In this document: positions 7,480-17,005 of the stretch, in pieces
Position numbering within the stretch: the stretch's first letter is position 1
Layout: every line of letters starts with the position of its first letter
NCBI GenBank assembly: GCA_963677745.1
Contig: OY782391.1
Span: 928,001 to 992,000, forward strand
DNA from: Candidatus Altimarinota bacterium
Lineage (GTDB): Bacteria > Patescibacteriota > Gracilibacteria > UBA1369
DNA length: 64,000 nt
Reading direction: 5' to 3'
Program-made: the position numbers and the translations under genes
Notes under the pieces: model-generated
What the model saw: the letters and a program-made list of their open reading frames with translations, nothing else
The model's database searches: none
What the model was told of the DNA's origin: nothing

Positions 7480-9690
7480 TTGGCCAAATACCAAATCAGG
7501 GACCTGAAAAAGGTCAAACAAACCGAAAATATTGTTTTAAAAACTTCCGTTTCCCCGGCAGCCGCTGAAAAAAAATCCGCTGCCGCCGGGCAAAATGCCC
7601 GGGCTTCTTCCAGTATCAACCTCAAACCACGCGACAACCGGCTCCATCAGATCTGGCAGGCCAACAAAAATCTTCAGATCGACAGTGTCCGCTCTTTACG
7701 CCCTGCCCGGAAATTCATGCTGGTGCCCTCCGAAAAAATCTTCCGGCCGTCCGGAGAAAAATTCCGGCAGGCCATCAAGATATCTGCACTGGGACTGCTG
7801 ATTGTTTTGGGACTAAATCTTTTCAATGTACTGACGGCCGGCCTCCAGTTTAAATCCGTACTGGTATCTTCGGCCTCTTCCGGCTTCGACAATCTGATGT
7901 CCGGCGTGGACCGCGGGAAGAAAATGAGTCTCGGTGAAGCGGAACAGAATTTCAATTCAGCCCGTCAGGATTTTGAAAACGCCCTGGAAAAAATCTCCTT
8001 TCTAAAAACGTCCAACCTCTATTCCAGCGAAAAATACTCCAGTTCCCTGCAAAACCTGCTCAGTGCCGGGAAAGATATTTCTGAAGCCGGTACGCTTTTT
8101 TCCGCCTCAGCCAAAAACCTGCTGCTTTGGCCGGACCTGTTTCTGCAGACCAACCGCGATCTGGCTCTGGGCAAAAGTAAAAACGACTCCGCCGCGGCAA
8201 AAGGAAATTCCCTCACCGATTCACTTCAAAAGGATCTTGCCAATGTCCGGTCAGCCACGGACAAACTGTCAGCGGCCGCGGCTTATCTGGAAAACGTTGA
8301 TGACTCAGTCCTGCCGGCCGATTATCGCCGCTCTCTGCCCGAAATAAAAACCAGCCTGTCCACTTTGACGGCCTTTTTAAATGAACTTTCCGACAATTTC
8401 CCGGCCATCCTGGAACTTTTGGGAGATCGTTATCCGCACCGTTATCTGATTTTACTGCAGAACGATACCGAATCCCGTCCGACCGGGGGATTTATCGGCT
8501 CTTTACTGATTGTGGATGTCAACGACGGAGTGATCGAAAAAGCAGAATTTCATGATGTTTATCAGTATGACGGCCAGCTCAAAGAACAGATCGAGGCCCC
8601 CGAAGACATTGCCATGATAACCAAAGAGTGGCGCCTGAGGGACAGCAATTATTCCCCCGATTTTGCCCTCTCGGCCGAAAAAGCGGCCTGGTTCCTGCAG
8701 AAATCCAAGGGCCCGTCGGTTGATACCGTGATAGCCGTTAATCAAAGCGCCATCGCCGATCTGCTGGCCGAAATCGGCCCGATTGAGGTGAAGGGACTTC
8801 AGGCGAAACTGGACGCCAATAATTTTCAGTTCATGTTGAGTTATCTGATTGAGTCCAAATATTACGGAGCCGACCAGCCCAAAAAGATACTGGAAAATAC
8901 CATTCAGGCTTTCCAGCAAAAACTGATCTCCGGGTCCGATCCCAAAACTTTGTTACAGACTCTGGGGAAAGTAATCAAAGACCAGAAAATACTCTTCTAC
9001 TCGCGCGACGCCAAGATCCAAAAGATGTTTGAAAAACTGGGACTGACTCCGCATCAGGCGGTATTGGAACCGGACGAGGACTATTTGCAGGTACTGGCCA
9101 CTTCCATCGGCGGCAACAAAAGCGACCTCTACATTACCCAGAATCTGACCCATACTACTTTTATCGATCCGGCCGGCGCCCTCACCGACGAGTTGACCAT
9201 CACCAGGCGCCACAACTGGACGGGCGCCGAGCTCTACCGCTGGGAAAAAATCCTCAAGGATTTTGGCTTCGGAGCACTGCCCGACCATCTGCGTGAAATT
9301 CTTGGGCACGCCGCCAACAAAGCTTCCCTCAAGATCTATGTTCCCCTGGGCGCCGAACTGGAAAACGCCATCGGGATTGACCCGTCCGAAGTGCTGACCC
9401 GCCATGATGCCGAACTGCAGAAAACTTATTTCCTGTTGCAAATGTCAGTGGCTCCCGGCGAGGAAAAATCGTTTACCCTCCGCTATAAACTGCCCAATTC
9501 CCTGCAACTGTTTCCGGCTGCCCTCTACCGTTTTACCGCCCAGCGCCAGATCTCCATGTTTACCACCCAGCTTAAAAAAATACTGGTAGTGGCACCTTCC
9601 CTGACTTTGCTCAAAAATTCCCAGAATGCGCTGGAATACACCACCAAGTTGCACGACCGGTACCGGATGAGAGCGGTAGTGGTTAATTAA
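7480..9690 (+). CDS. DUF4012 domain-containing membrane-anchored protein
   Basis: YLILLQNDTESRPTGGFIGS, RDSNYSPDF and GGNKSD motifs; single TM helix then helical region. Confidence 0.85.
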   Translation: MAKYQIRDLKKVKQTENIVLKTSVSPAAAEKKSAAAGQNARASSSINLKPRDNRLHQIWQANKNLQIDSVRSLRPARKFMLVPSEKIFRPSGEKFRQAIKISALGLLIVLGLNLFNVLTAGLQFKSVLVSSASSGFDNLMSGVDRGKKMSLGEAEQNFNSARQDFENALEKISFLKTSNLYSSEKYSSSLQNLLSAGKDISEAGTLFSASAKNLLLWPDLFLQTNRDLALGKSKNDSAAAKGNSLTDSLQKDLANVRSATDKLSAAAAYLENVDDSVLPADYRRSLPEIKTSLSTLTAFLNELSDNFPAILELLGDRYPHRYLILLQNDTESRPTGGFIGSLLIVDVNDGVIEKAEFHDVYQYDGQLKEQIEAPEDIAMITKEWRLRDSNYSPDFALSAEKAAWFLQKSKGPSVDTVIAVNQSAIADLLAEIGPIEVKGLQAKLDANNFQFMLSYLIESKYYGADQPKKILENTIQAFQQKLISGSDPKTLLQTLGKVIKDQKILFYSRDAKIQKMFEKLGLTPHQAVLEPDEDYLQVLATSIGGNKSDLYITQNLTHTTFIDPAGALTDELTITRRHNWTGAELYRWEKILKDFGFGALPDHLREILGHAANKASLKIYVPLGAELENAIGIDPSEVLTRHDAELQKTYFLLQMSVAPGEEKSFTLRYKLPNSLQLFPAALYRFTAQRQISMFTTQLKKILVVAPSLTLLKNSQNALEYTTKLHDRYRMRAVVVN

Positions 9691-10084
9691 ATTCCGCCAG
9701 TTTTATCCATTTAAGCTCCAGCCACAGCTTGATTTCCTCATGGCTCTGCACTCCGGCCGACGGCATTTTCAGCAGCAGAATTTCAATTTTACGGTCATGC
9801 AGCAGATTTTGGGCCAATGCAAAGGTCAGTTCGGCAAAAGTCTCGGCTCCGATATATCCGGTCTGTCCGTTTTTGTCTTCATTCATTACAAAAAACACCT
9901 CTGTTTGCTCTATCTGAAGGAAAAAATTGCGATGCACTTCCGGATAATCCCGCAGAAAATTGTCGCGCGCTATGGCTTTCGGATAATCCAGCACCTGGTA
10001 ATCTTTGGCTTCCCAGAAAGCTTTCCAGTATTCTGCTCGCTCCCGCAGTGAGGCGCTTCCGGCAATTACAATTGTTTGAGGCAT
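9683..10084 (-). CDS. Hypothetical protein (nucleoside deoxyribosyltransferase-like fold possible)
   Basis: 133-aa ORF directly after mutL, with IVIAGS and NGQTGYIGAETFAEL. Confidence 0.65.
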   Translation of the reverse strand: MPQTIVIAGSASLRERAEYWKAFWEAKDYQVLDYPKAIARDNFLRDYPEVHRNFFLQIEQTEVFFVMNEDKNGQTGYIGAETFAELTFALAQNLLHDRKIEILLLKMPSAGVQSHEEIKLWLELKWIKLAEFN

Positions 10085-10112
10085 TTAAATTTATTATTGC
10101 GCTTCACGCGTG

Positions 10113-12101
10113 CTAACAATTAACATCCCGGAACTTTTCGTTTTCGAAAAAGCCGGTGTATTTTCGCCCGAAACGGCTCCACAGCTCGGATTCTTCCAGT
10201 ACTACCATAATCGGCCGGCCATGGGGGCAGGTGGTGCGCCCCAGACGGGTTTTATTCAGCTGATCGATCAAAGCGGCAATTTCTTCGCGGCTTAACGGGT
10301 CACCGAATTTCACCGCCGAGCGACAGGCCAGAAAAGTGAGTGCCCGCTCTTTACGGCTGAATAAATCGCCTCTATGGGCCTTTAAATCGGCGGAAGTACC
10401 GGGACTGCCGTCACCGACCGTCCGCAGATCATCTATCAGACCAAACAATACTTTTTCCAGATTGGATTTGGTCAAAAAACTTGGAACTTCATTCACGGCA
10501 AAAGTATTTCCGCCAAAATGTTCCAGTTTCAGGCCGATTTCATCCAGCAGCGCTTTGTTGGCATCCAGAACTGCGGCGTCGGCAGGAGATAACTCGATGT
10601 TAATAGGCATCAGTAAAGGCTGTATCGCTTTTTCATCATTCTCGGCTTCCGACATCAGTTTATTGTAGCGGATCCGTTCATGGGCGGCATGCTGGTCGAT
10701 GATCACCAGATCGGCACCGCGCTGGCAGAGGATAAAACTGTTATTGAGTTGGCCCAGGGGAATCAGGTTGCTGTCCATCTCATTTTCCCCGCCGGTTTCC
10801 GGGTCGGACTGTTGAGTTATTTTTTGTCCGGGCATCACATACGGAGCAGTGCTGTCTGTCGCCCTCTGTCTGTTGATGTCCATACTTACCTGCACGGTTT
10901 CCTGTCGTGTCAGTGACTGGAACTGTAAACTCTCCGTTACAGGTTGTTTGAATGCGGCGAACTCCGGCGGCCTGGCCACATGATCATCAACCGCCGTCCC
11001 GACCGCTCCGGCAGCGGCACCGCTAAGCGTTCCCGCCTGTCTTTCCTGATAATAATTAAAATTATCGGCAGTCATTTTTGGCATCATTACCGCATTTTCC
11101 AGGGCCTTGGCACAGGACTGTGTCAGTACCCTGAAAACCTCTCTCTCGTCCTTGAATTTGACCTCGGTCTTCCGTGGATGACAATTGACGTCCACCATTG
11201 ACGGATCCAGCTCGAACAGGATCACAAAAACCGGATAGCGTTCCTTGGGCAGCAGCGAATGATAAGCCTGTTTAACCGCATAGGAAAGCACGTGGGAGGT
11301 GATCGGACGTCCGTTCACAAACAGATATTGCAGACTGCGGTTGGCCCGCGAAAGTTGGGGTTTGCCAATATATCCGCGTATGCCCAGATTGACCGCCCCG
11401 TTATAAATTTCAATCATTTCCTCTGCCATCAGATTGCCCAGCACTCCGCGAATACGCACCAGCAGGTTGTCGGTGGCCGGTACATCCAGCACCACTTTAC
11501 TTCGCCATTGCTCCTCCTCCGGCTTTTCTTCAATCAGTTTAAAAGCTATTCCCGGGGTGGCCAGCGCGGCATTGATCACCGAGTCCAGTACATTCTGATA
11601 TTCGGTCTGTTCCGATTTAAGAAATTTTAATCTGGCCGGTGTATTGAAGAATAGTTCCGCTACCGAAATTTCCGTACCGACGGGCATACCGACGGGGGAC
11701 TCCCTCAAAATTTTTCCGCCTTCCAGTACCAGTTCCGTCCCGCTTGAGTCTTCAGCCCTCCTGGTTCTTAAAGTAAGTCTGGAAACCGAAGCAATGCTGG
11801 CCAGGGCTTCCCCGCGGAATCCCATCGACCGGATGGCATTGAGGTCTTCCAGAGTCCTGATTTTGGAAGTGGCATGCCGCTCCAGTGACATCAAAGCATC
11901 TTCCGCCGACATTCCGCAACCGTCATCACTGATCCGCATCAAACCAACGCCTCCCTGCCGCACCGTTACGACAATTTTCCGGGCGCCGGCATCAATGGAA
12001 TTTTCCAGCAGCTCTTTAACCACCGAAGCGGGTCTTTCCACCACCTCCCCGGCAGCGATTTGATTGATTAGTTGTTCAGGCAGCAAGGCAATTTTGCCCA
12101 T
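10113..12101 (-). CDS. mutL: DNA mismatch repair endonuclease MutL
   Basis: NQIAAGEVVERPASVVKEL, GFRGEALASI, DQHAAHERI, ACR and CPHGRP motifs. Confidence 0.97.
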   Translation of the reverse strand: MGKIALLPEQLINQIAAGEVVERPASVVKELLENSIDAGARKIVVTVRQGGVGLMRISDDGCGMSAEDALMSLERHATSKIRTLEDLNAIRSMGFRGEALASIASVSRLTLRTRRAEDSSGTELVLEGGKILRESPVGMPVGTEISVAELFFNTPARLKFLKSEQTEYQNVLDSVINAALATPGIAFKLIEEKPEEEQWRSKVVLDVPATDNLLVRIRGVLGNLMAEEMIEIYNGAVNLGIRGYIGKPQLSRANRSLQYLFVNGRPITSHVLSYAVKQAYHSLLPKERYPVFVILFELDPSMVDVNCHPRKTEVKFKDEREVFRVLTQSCAKALENAVMMPKMTADNFNYYQERQAGTLSGAAAGAVGTAVDDHVARPPEFAAFKQPVTESLQFQSLTRQETVQVSMDINRQRATDSTAPYVMPGQKITQQSDPETGGENEMDSNLIPLGQLNNSFILCQRGADLVIIDQHAAHERIRYNKLMSEAENDEKAIQPLLMPINIELSPADAAVLDANKALLDEIGLKLEHFGGNTFAVNEVPSFLTKSNLEKVLFGLIDDLRTVGDGSPGTSADLKAHRGDLFSRKERALTFLACRSAVKFGDPLSREEIAALIDQLNKTRLGRTTCPHGRPIMVVLEESELWSRFGRKYTGFFENEKFRDVNC

Positions 12102-12118
12102 TTTATTTTTAAATAAAT

Positions 12119-14746
12119 TTATTCGTCCAAAGATTTTTTCAATTCGTGCAGGCGGTTCAGCGCTTCCAGAGGGGTTAACTGATCGAGGTCCAGATTGCGC
12201 AGTTTCTCCAGTCCGGCATGGCTTCGTGACGGCTGCTGCGTTGGCTGCTCCGCAGGCTGAAATATCGAATTGTTGGTCAACGGAATCCGCGCGGACACTC
12301 CGGTAAATTCAAAACTCTGTTGCCCGGTACCGATATTTTCCAGTTCCAGATCGGCCAGAATTTCTTTGGCCCGGGCAATCACAGCCTCCGGCAGACCGGC
12401 CAGCCGTGCCACTTCGATCCCGTAACTCCTGTCCACCCCGCCCGGCCCGACTTTGTACAAAAACACCAGACCGTTCCCCTCGGTTTCTTTGATCTTCACG
12501 CTGAAATTAGAGGCTCTCGGCAGAGTATCGGCCAGCTTGATCAACTCATGATAATGGCTGGCAAACAAGGTTTTAGCCTTCAGTTTTTCATGGATAAACT
12601 CCATCACGCCCCAGGCAATGCTGACGCCGTCAAAAGTGGAGGTGCCCCGGCCGATTTCATCCAGAATCAGCAAACTCCGTTCCGTGGCATGTTTTAAAAT
12701 AGTGGCGGTTTCCTCCATTTCCAGCCAGAAAGTACTTTGCCCTTTGACCAGATTATCCGATGCCCCGACCCGTGTAAAAATTCTGTCCACCAGGGGGATT
12801 TCCGCCCTGTCGGCAGGCACGTACATGCCCAGATGCGCCATCAGAACTATCAGCGCCGTCTGCCGCAGATAAGTGGATTTTCCGCCCATATTGGGGCCGG
12901 TAATTAAAAGCAGTCGTTGCTCCGCAGTCAGAACGGTATCGTTGGCTACAAAGCTGTCCTGGGAATTTAATTTTTCTATCACCGCATGCCGTCCGCCGCT
13001 TATTTCCAGGTTAAAACCGTCATGGACGCGCGGCCGCGTGTAGCGATTCTCCCAACCCGCCAGAGCCAGTGAAACCAGCACGTCCAGGTAAGCCGCCGCG
13101 GCCGCGCTCTGCTTAATCTCATCGGTTTTTTCCAGTACCAGCAGGCGTAGTTTTTCAAACAGCCGGAATTCCAGTTCCAGTATTTTTTCTTCGGCCGTCA
13201 GAACTTTTCCCTCATATTCTTTCAGCTCCGGGGTGGTGAAGCGTTCGGCGTTGGCCAGTGTCTGTTTGCGGGTATAATCCGCCGGTACCTGGGCCAGATT
13301 GGTATTGCTGATCTCAATATAATAACCGAACACCCGGTTATATCTGACCTTCAGCGAATTGATGCCGGTCCTGGCGATCTCGCGTGCCTGCAATGCCTGT
13401 ATATAACCTTTGCCTTCATGACTGATATTTCGCAATTCATCCAGTTCTGCGTTATATCCGGTGGAAATAATCCCACCCTCCCTCACTGAAAACGGAGCTT
13501 CCTCAACCACCGCCCGGCTCAACTCTCCGATCAGTTCCGGCAGCAAATTGATCCGGCTGCCGATTCCCGCAAACTGTGTCCCGCCCTCCTTCGACAGGGA
13601 ATCTTTCAGACCGGACAGGCCGTAAAAAGATGCGACCAGACCTCGTAAATCGCGTCCGTTGCCGCTGCCCAGATTAAGTCTGCCCAGCATCCGTTCAATA
13701 TCCAGCACTGATTTCAGCAGCAGCCGCCAGTCCAGAATTAATTGCTGTTTTTGCATCAGCAGATCAATCATGCTTTGCCGTTCCTGGATTGCTTCCAGAT
13801 CGGCCAAAGGTTCTATCAATATTTTTTTCATCAAACGGCCGCCGCTGCTGGTCACTGTCTTATCCAGTACCGACAATAATGAGCCTTCCGTTTTTTTCTC
13901 TCTCAGATTTTCCAGTATTTCCAGATTGCGGATGGTTGCTTCATCCAGGACCAGACGGGCTTCAGTCGCTTTTGTAAGCGTTTTTAAATGTCTCAAACTA
14001 GAACTGCCGACCTCCGCTTTTTGTGTTCCCGCCAGAAAGGTTAAGGCCAGTCCCATTGCCTTCTTTTCGGGAATTTTCAAACGCTGGCTGTCCAGTTCCA
14101 AAGTGCCGAAATGAATTTCCGCCTGATTTTCCCAGTCTTCCGGTAAACGCTCGGCGTGCCAGAAGGCATCCCGGTAAATTTTGCCGGTTTTTTCCAAAAA
14201 AGTTTTTTCTTCTCCTTCCGGAAAAATAATTTCCTTAGGTTTGAATTTCTGAAATTCTGCCAGCAGCAGCGTTTCATCGGCCAAAGTCTCCACTCTGAAT
14301 TCGCCGGTGCTGATTTCCACCATTGCCAGACCCCATTCCGCCCCGTCGGTCGCGACAGCCGCCAGATAATTGGAGGATCTTTCCTCCAGTACATTTTCAT
14401 CCAGGGTGGTTCCTGGGGTGACTATGCGGATTATTTCCCTCTTCACAATACCCGGCAGAGCCGGATCGCTTACTTGTTCACAAATGGCCACTTTTTTCCC
14501 GACCCTGGTCAGTTTAGCGATATAGTTGGCGGCCGCATGATAAGGTATCCCGCACATCGGGATTTTATTGTCACCTTTGTTGCGCGCGGTCAGTACTATT
14601 CCCAATATTTCGGAGGCCTCCAACGCATCCTGTCCAAACATTTCATAAAAATCACCCAACCGGAAAAATAGCACTGCGTCCGGCACCTGCTTTTTAATCT
14701 CATTGTATTGTCGCATCATCGGCGTCAGCTCGGCCACTTTCCTCAA
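12119..14746 (-). CDS. mutS: DNA mismatch repair protein MutS
   Basis: TPMMRQY, GDFYEMF, TGPNMGGKST, DEIGRGTST. Confidence 0.97.
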   Translation of the reverse strand: MRKVAELTPMMRQYNEIKKQVPDAVLFFRLGDFYEMFGQDALEASEILGIVLTARNKGDNKIPMCGIPYHAAANYIAKLTRVGKKVAICEQVSDPALPGIVKREIIRIVTPGTTLDENVLEERSSNYLAAVATDGAEWGLAMVEISTGEFRVETLADETLLLAEFQKFKPKEIIFPEGEEKTFLEKTGKIYRDAFWHAERLPEDWENQAEIHFGTLELDSQRLKIPEKKAMGLALTFLAGTQKAEVGSSSLRHLKTLTKATEARLVLDEATIRNLEILENLREKKTEGSLLSVLDKTVTSSGGRLMKKILIEPLADLEAIQERQSMIDLLMQKQQLILDWRLLLKSVLDIERMLGRLNLGSGNGRDLRGLVASFYGLSGLKDSLSKEGGTQFAGIGSRINLLPELIGELSRAVVEEAPFSVREGGIISTGYNAELDELRNISHEGKGYIQALQAREIARTGINSLKVRYNRVFGYYIEISNTNLAQVPADYTRKQTLANAERFTTPELKEYEGKVLTAEEKILELEFRLFEKLRLLVLEKTDEIKQSAAAAAYLDVLVSLALAGWENRYTRPRVHDGFNLEISGGRHAVIEKLNSQDSFVANDTVLTAEQRLLLITGPNMGGKSTYLRQTALIVLMAHLGMYVPADRAEIPLVDRIFTRVGASDNLVKGQSTFWLEMEETATILKHATERSLLILDEIGRGTSTFDGVSIAWGVMEFIHEKLKAKTLFASHYHELIKLADTLPRASNFSVKIKETEGNGLVFLYKVGPGGVDRSYGIEVARLAGLPEAVIARAKEILADLELENIGTGQQSFEFTGVSARIPLTNNSIFQPAEQPTQQPSRSHAGLEKLRNLDLDQLTPLEALNRLHELKKSLDE

Positions 14747-14844
14747 ATTAGGATATACGCAAACGCATCATAGCAAATAAGCCCAAAAATCCTATTGCCG
14801 AAGCCTCTATTCAATTTCAAAAAATACACATCCCAATCTGTCAA

Positions 14845-15276
14845 TCACCAGCCAAATTCACTGTAACGGTTTCCCCGGGCAATATTTTCCAGAGCAAAAC
14901 GTATATAGGGAACGACATTTTGTGGCAGATCGGAGGTCTGGAACCATCTCAGATCGTCGCATTTATGGGGCTCCAGATTGCGCGGGGCGCGTTCCCATTC
15001 GCCGGCTTTCAGAAAAAAATCCACTCTCAGATCATTTGCCTTCCTGTGCATGATGTGCAGAACCTCCAGTTGGCTTTCGTCGATGACAATACCCGCCTCC
15101 TCATAAGCCTCTCTGGCCATCGCCGACTTTACCCGTTCGTCATTGTCGACGTGCCCGGCCACCACGCTGTATTTACCATCCTCATAGCCGGTATTGAACC
15201 GCCTGGAAAGAAGTATTTTCCCGTCATTTTCCAGTATCAGATGGACGGCCACCACTGCTTTTTGTCTTTGATTCAT
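14845..15276 (-). CDS. NUDIX hydrolase
   Basis: Nudix box AGHVDNDERVKSAMAREAYEEAGI; EPHKCDDLRWF. Confidence 0.9.
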   Translation of the reverse strand: MNQRQKAVVAVHLILENDGKILLSRRFNTGYEDGKYSVVAGHVDNDERVKSAMAREAYEEAGIVIDESQLEVLHIMHRKANDLRVDFFLKAGEWERAPRNLEPHKCDDLRWFQTSDLPQNVVPYIRFALENIARGNRYSEFGW

Positions 15277-15476
15277 AGCCAGGATCTGTTTATGTTTAAG
15301 CGTTTAACAGCCAGCTCCAGTTTCTGTATTCTCATTTCCCGCTCCATCTTTTGCAGCAGCAAGCGTGAATCTTCCAGTCCTTTGCGGAAATTATTGGTAT
15401 TAATGCGGATGATTAGATTTTTTTTGCCGGCGTTTCGGATGCTGCTGACCAGATTTTTTATTTGTAGTGGTGTCAT
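15273..15476 (-). CDS. Small basic hypothetical protein (67 aa)
   Basis: ATGA overlap with the NUDIX start; AT-rich upstream context like other genes here. Confidence 0.55.
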   Translation of the reverse strand: MTPLQIKNLVSSIRNAGKKNLIIRINTNNFRKGLEDSRLLLQKMEREMRIQKLELAVKRLNINRSWL

Positions 15477-15522
15477 ATTTTTTAGCGGTTAATTTAAATA
15501 AAATCTGTTTGCCGATAATTGG

Positions 15523-15678
15523 CTATTTGATGCGTGAAACTTTCCTCTGGAAAGCCGGTACGGAATAAGCGGCCAGGGTCTTGCGGGAAACATTCATCTG
15601 GCGCAGACGTGGACGGGGCATCGGCATTCTGTCGAACAGCCTGGCGGCAGGACTCTTTTTGATGATGATTGTTAACAT
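15523..15678 (-). CDS. Small basic hypothetical protein (51 aa, MLTIIIKKSPAARLFDRM...)
   Basis: Hand-translated ORF below the track cutoff; fills the gap after lexA; preceded by an A-rich aaactccaaaaac context. Confidence 0.5.
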   Translation of the reverse strand: MLTIIIKKSPAARLFDRMPMPRPRLRQMNVSRKTLAAYSVPAFQRKVSRIK

Positions 15679-15767
15679 GTTTTTGGAGTTTAAATAATAA
15701 ATTTTAATTACAACAAATACGCCTGATAAAAATCATTTTTGATACTCCTTCTTCTCAGAACAGGCTC

Positions 15768-16388
15768 CTATCTTTTGTAGTAGCGGAAAATTCCCGTTAC
15801 TACTCCCTGAACGCACAATTCGTTTTCAGGGTAAATGTCTTCATATTCCGGATTCTCCGGATGCAACACCACCCGACCTTCCTTTTCCCTATAGGTCTTA
15901 ATGGTACTTTGTCCATCCACCAGGGCGACTACTGTGTCTCCGATTCGCGGCACCAGATCCGAACAAACCACTGCGATGTCCCCCTCATGTATGCCGGCGT
16001 TAATCATACTGTTTCCCGTGACCTTCAACAGAAATGACTGTTTTCCGCCCAGGACAAAATCTTCCCCCACCGACATCCAGGTATCTATATGTTCTTCGCT
16101 GGCTACGGGATTACCGGCCGGGATTGTGCCCAGCAGCGGCAGTCGTAAAGCCCCTTTTTCCAGTCTCTCTTTGATATTGGAAAGCAGTTTAATGCCCCGG
16201 TGTCCCTCGTCTTTGACAATCTTTCCTTTTTCTTCCAGAGCCTTCAGTAATTTTAAAATGCTGTTGTCAGAACTGACTCCGAAATATTCCCTCATTTCGC
16301 GGATAGTGGGAGAGCCGCCGTTTTCCAGCTGGTACTGCTCGATGAAATTTAGTAAGGCCTCCTGTTTTTCGGTAAGTATATTTTCCAT
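15768..16388 (-). CDS. lexA: SOS repressor LexA
   Basis: LTEKQ...PTIREM wHTH, Ala-Gly cleavage site (IPAG), catalytic Ser (GNSM) and Lys (TIK). Confidence 0.93.
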   Translation of the reverse strand: MENILTEKQEALLNFIEQYQLENGGSPTIREMREYFGVSSDNSILKLLKALEEKGKIVKDEGHRGIKLLSNIKERLEKGALRLPLLGTIPAGNPVASEEHIDTWMSVGEDFVLGGKQSFLLKVTGNSMINAGIHEGDIAVVCSDLVPRIGDTVVALVDGQSTIKTYREKEGRVVLHPENPEYEDIYPENELCVQGVVTGIFRYYKR

Positions 16389-16417
16389 TTATTTTTCTTG
16401 GGCTAACTTTCAAGCCA

Positions 16418-16446
16418 AGTATAGGTGAGTAAACACTCACCGTCAA
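16418..16446 (-). promoter_or_regulatory. lexA promoter with palindromic candidate operator GGTGAGT-N4-ACTCACC
   Basis: TTGACG-17 nt-TATACT on the minus strand; perfect inverted repeat at 16424-16441 occupies the spacer. Confidence 0.75.
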
Positions 16447-16489
16447 TAGTTTTTTACCAGAATCGATGAAAATGAAGAAGGTAAGCCAA

Positions 16490-17005
16490 TTAGAAGGTTT
16501 CGAAAGTCCTTACTTTAATCAGCAGCCGGAGTGGTTTTACCAGAATATTTCCGGCAATCGCATTGTATTTTTGAACCTGTTGATTATAGGTTGTCTGGAT
16601 TTTATCGACTCTGTTTTCGGCCTCTTTTTTTTCTTTTTCCAGTGTCAGTAAAAGCATGTCTTTTTTGGTCTCGGACAGTTTCAGAACCTCCTTATTGAGA
16701 CTTTCAAATTTTTCCCAGAGACTATTTTCCAGTTCTTTTTTGGTTTTGCCGCATTCGTTAATCTGCATCGTCTGCTGACGCAGTTTGATGATTTCCCCAA
16801 ACCGGTCTCCTTCCAGATAGGCGGCCATCTTTCCCAGAAATTGCGGTATCAGATCGGATTTCCTGGTCATTTCAAAATACAGACGGTAAGAGAGTTTTTC
16901 GATCTGCGCCTGAAGGTTTTTTAGCTGCAGGATTATAAATACAGACGCGGCCAACAGCAGAATGACCAGGGTAATCAGCAGGTTGGAAAGTGGAGTAAAT
17001 TCCAT
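16490..17005 (-). CDS. LemA-family protein
   Basis: N-terminal TM, RKSDLIPQ, YNQQVQKYN coiled-coil signature. Confidence 0.7.
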   Translation of the reverse strand: MEFTPLSNLLITLVILLLAASVFIILQLKNLQAQIEKLSYRLYFEMTRKSDLIPQFLGKMAAYLEGDRFGEIIKLRQQTMQINECGKTKKELENSLWEKFESLNKEVLKLSETKKDMLLLTLEKEKKEAENRVDKIQTTYNQQVQKYNAIAGNILVKPLRLLIKVRTFETF

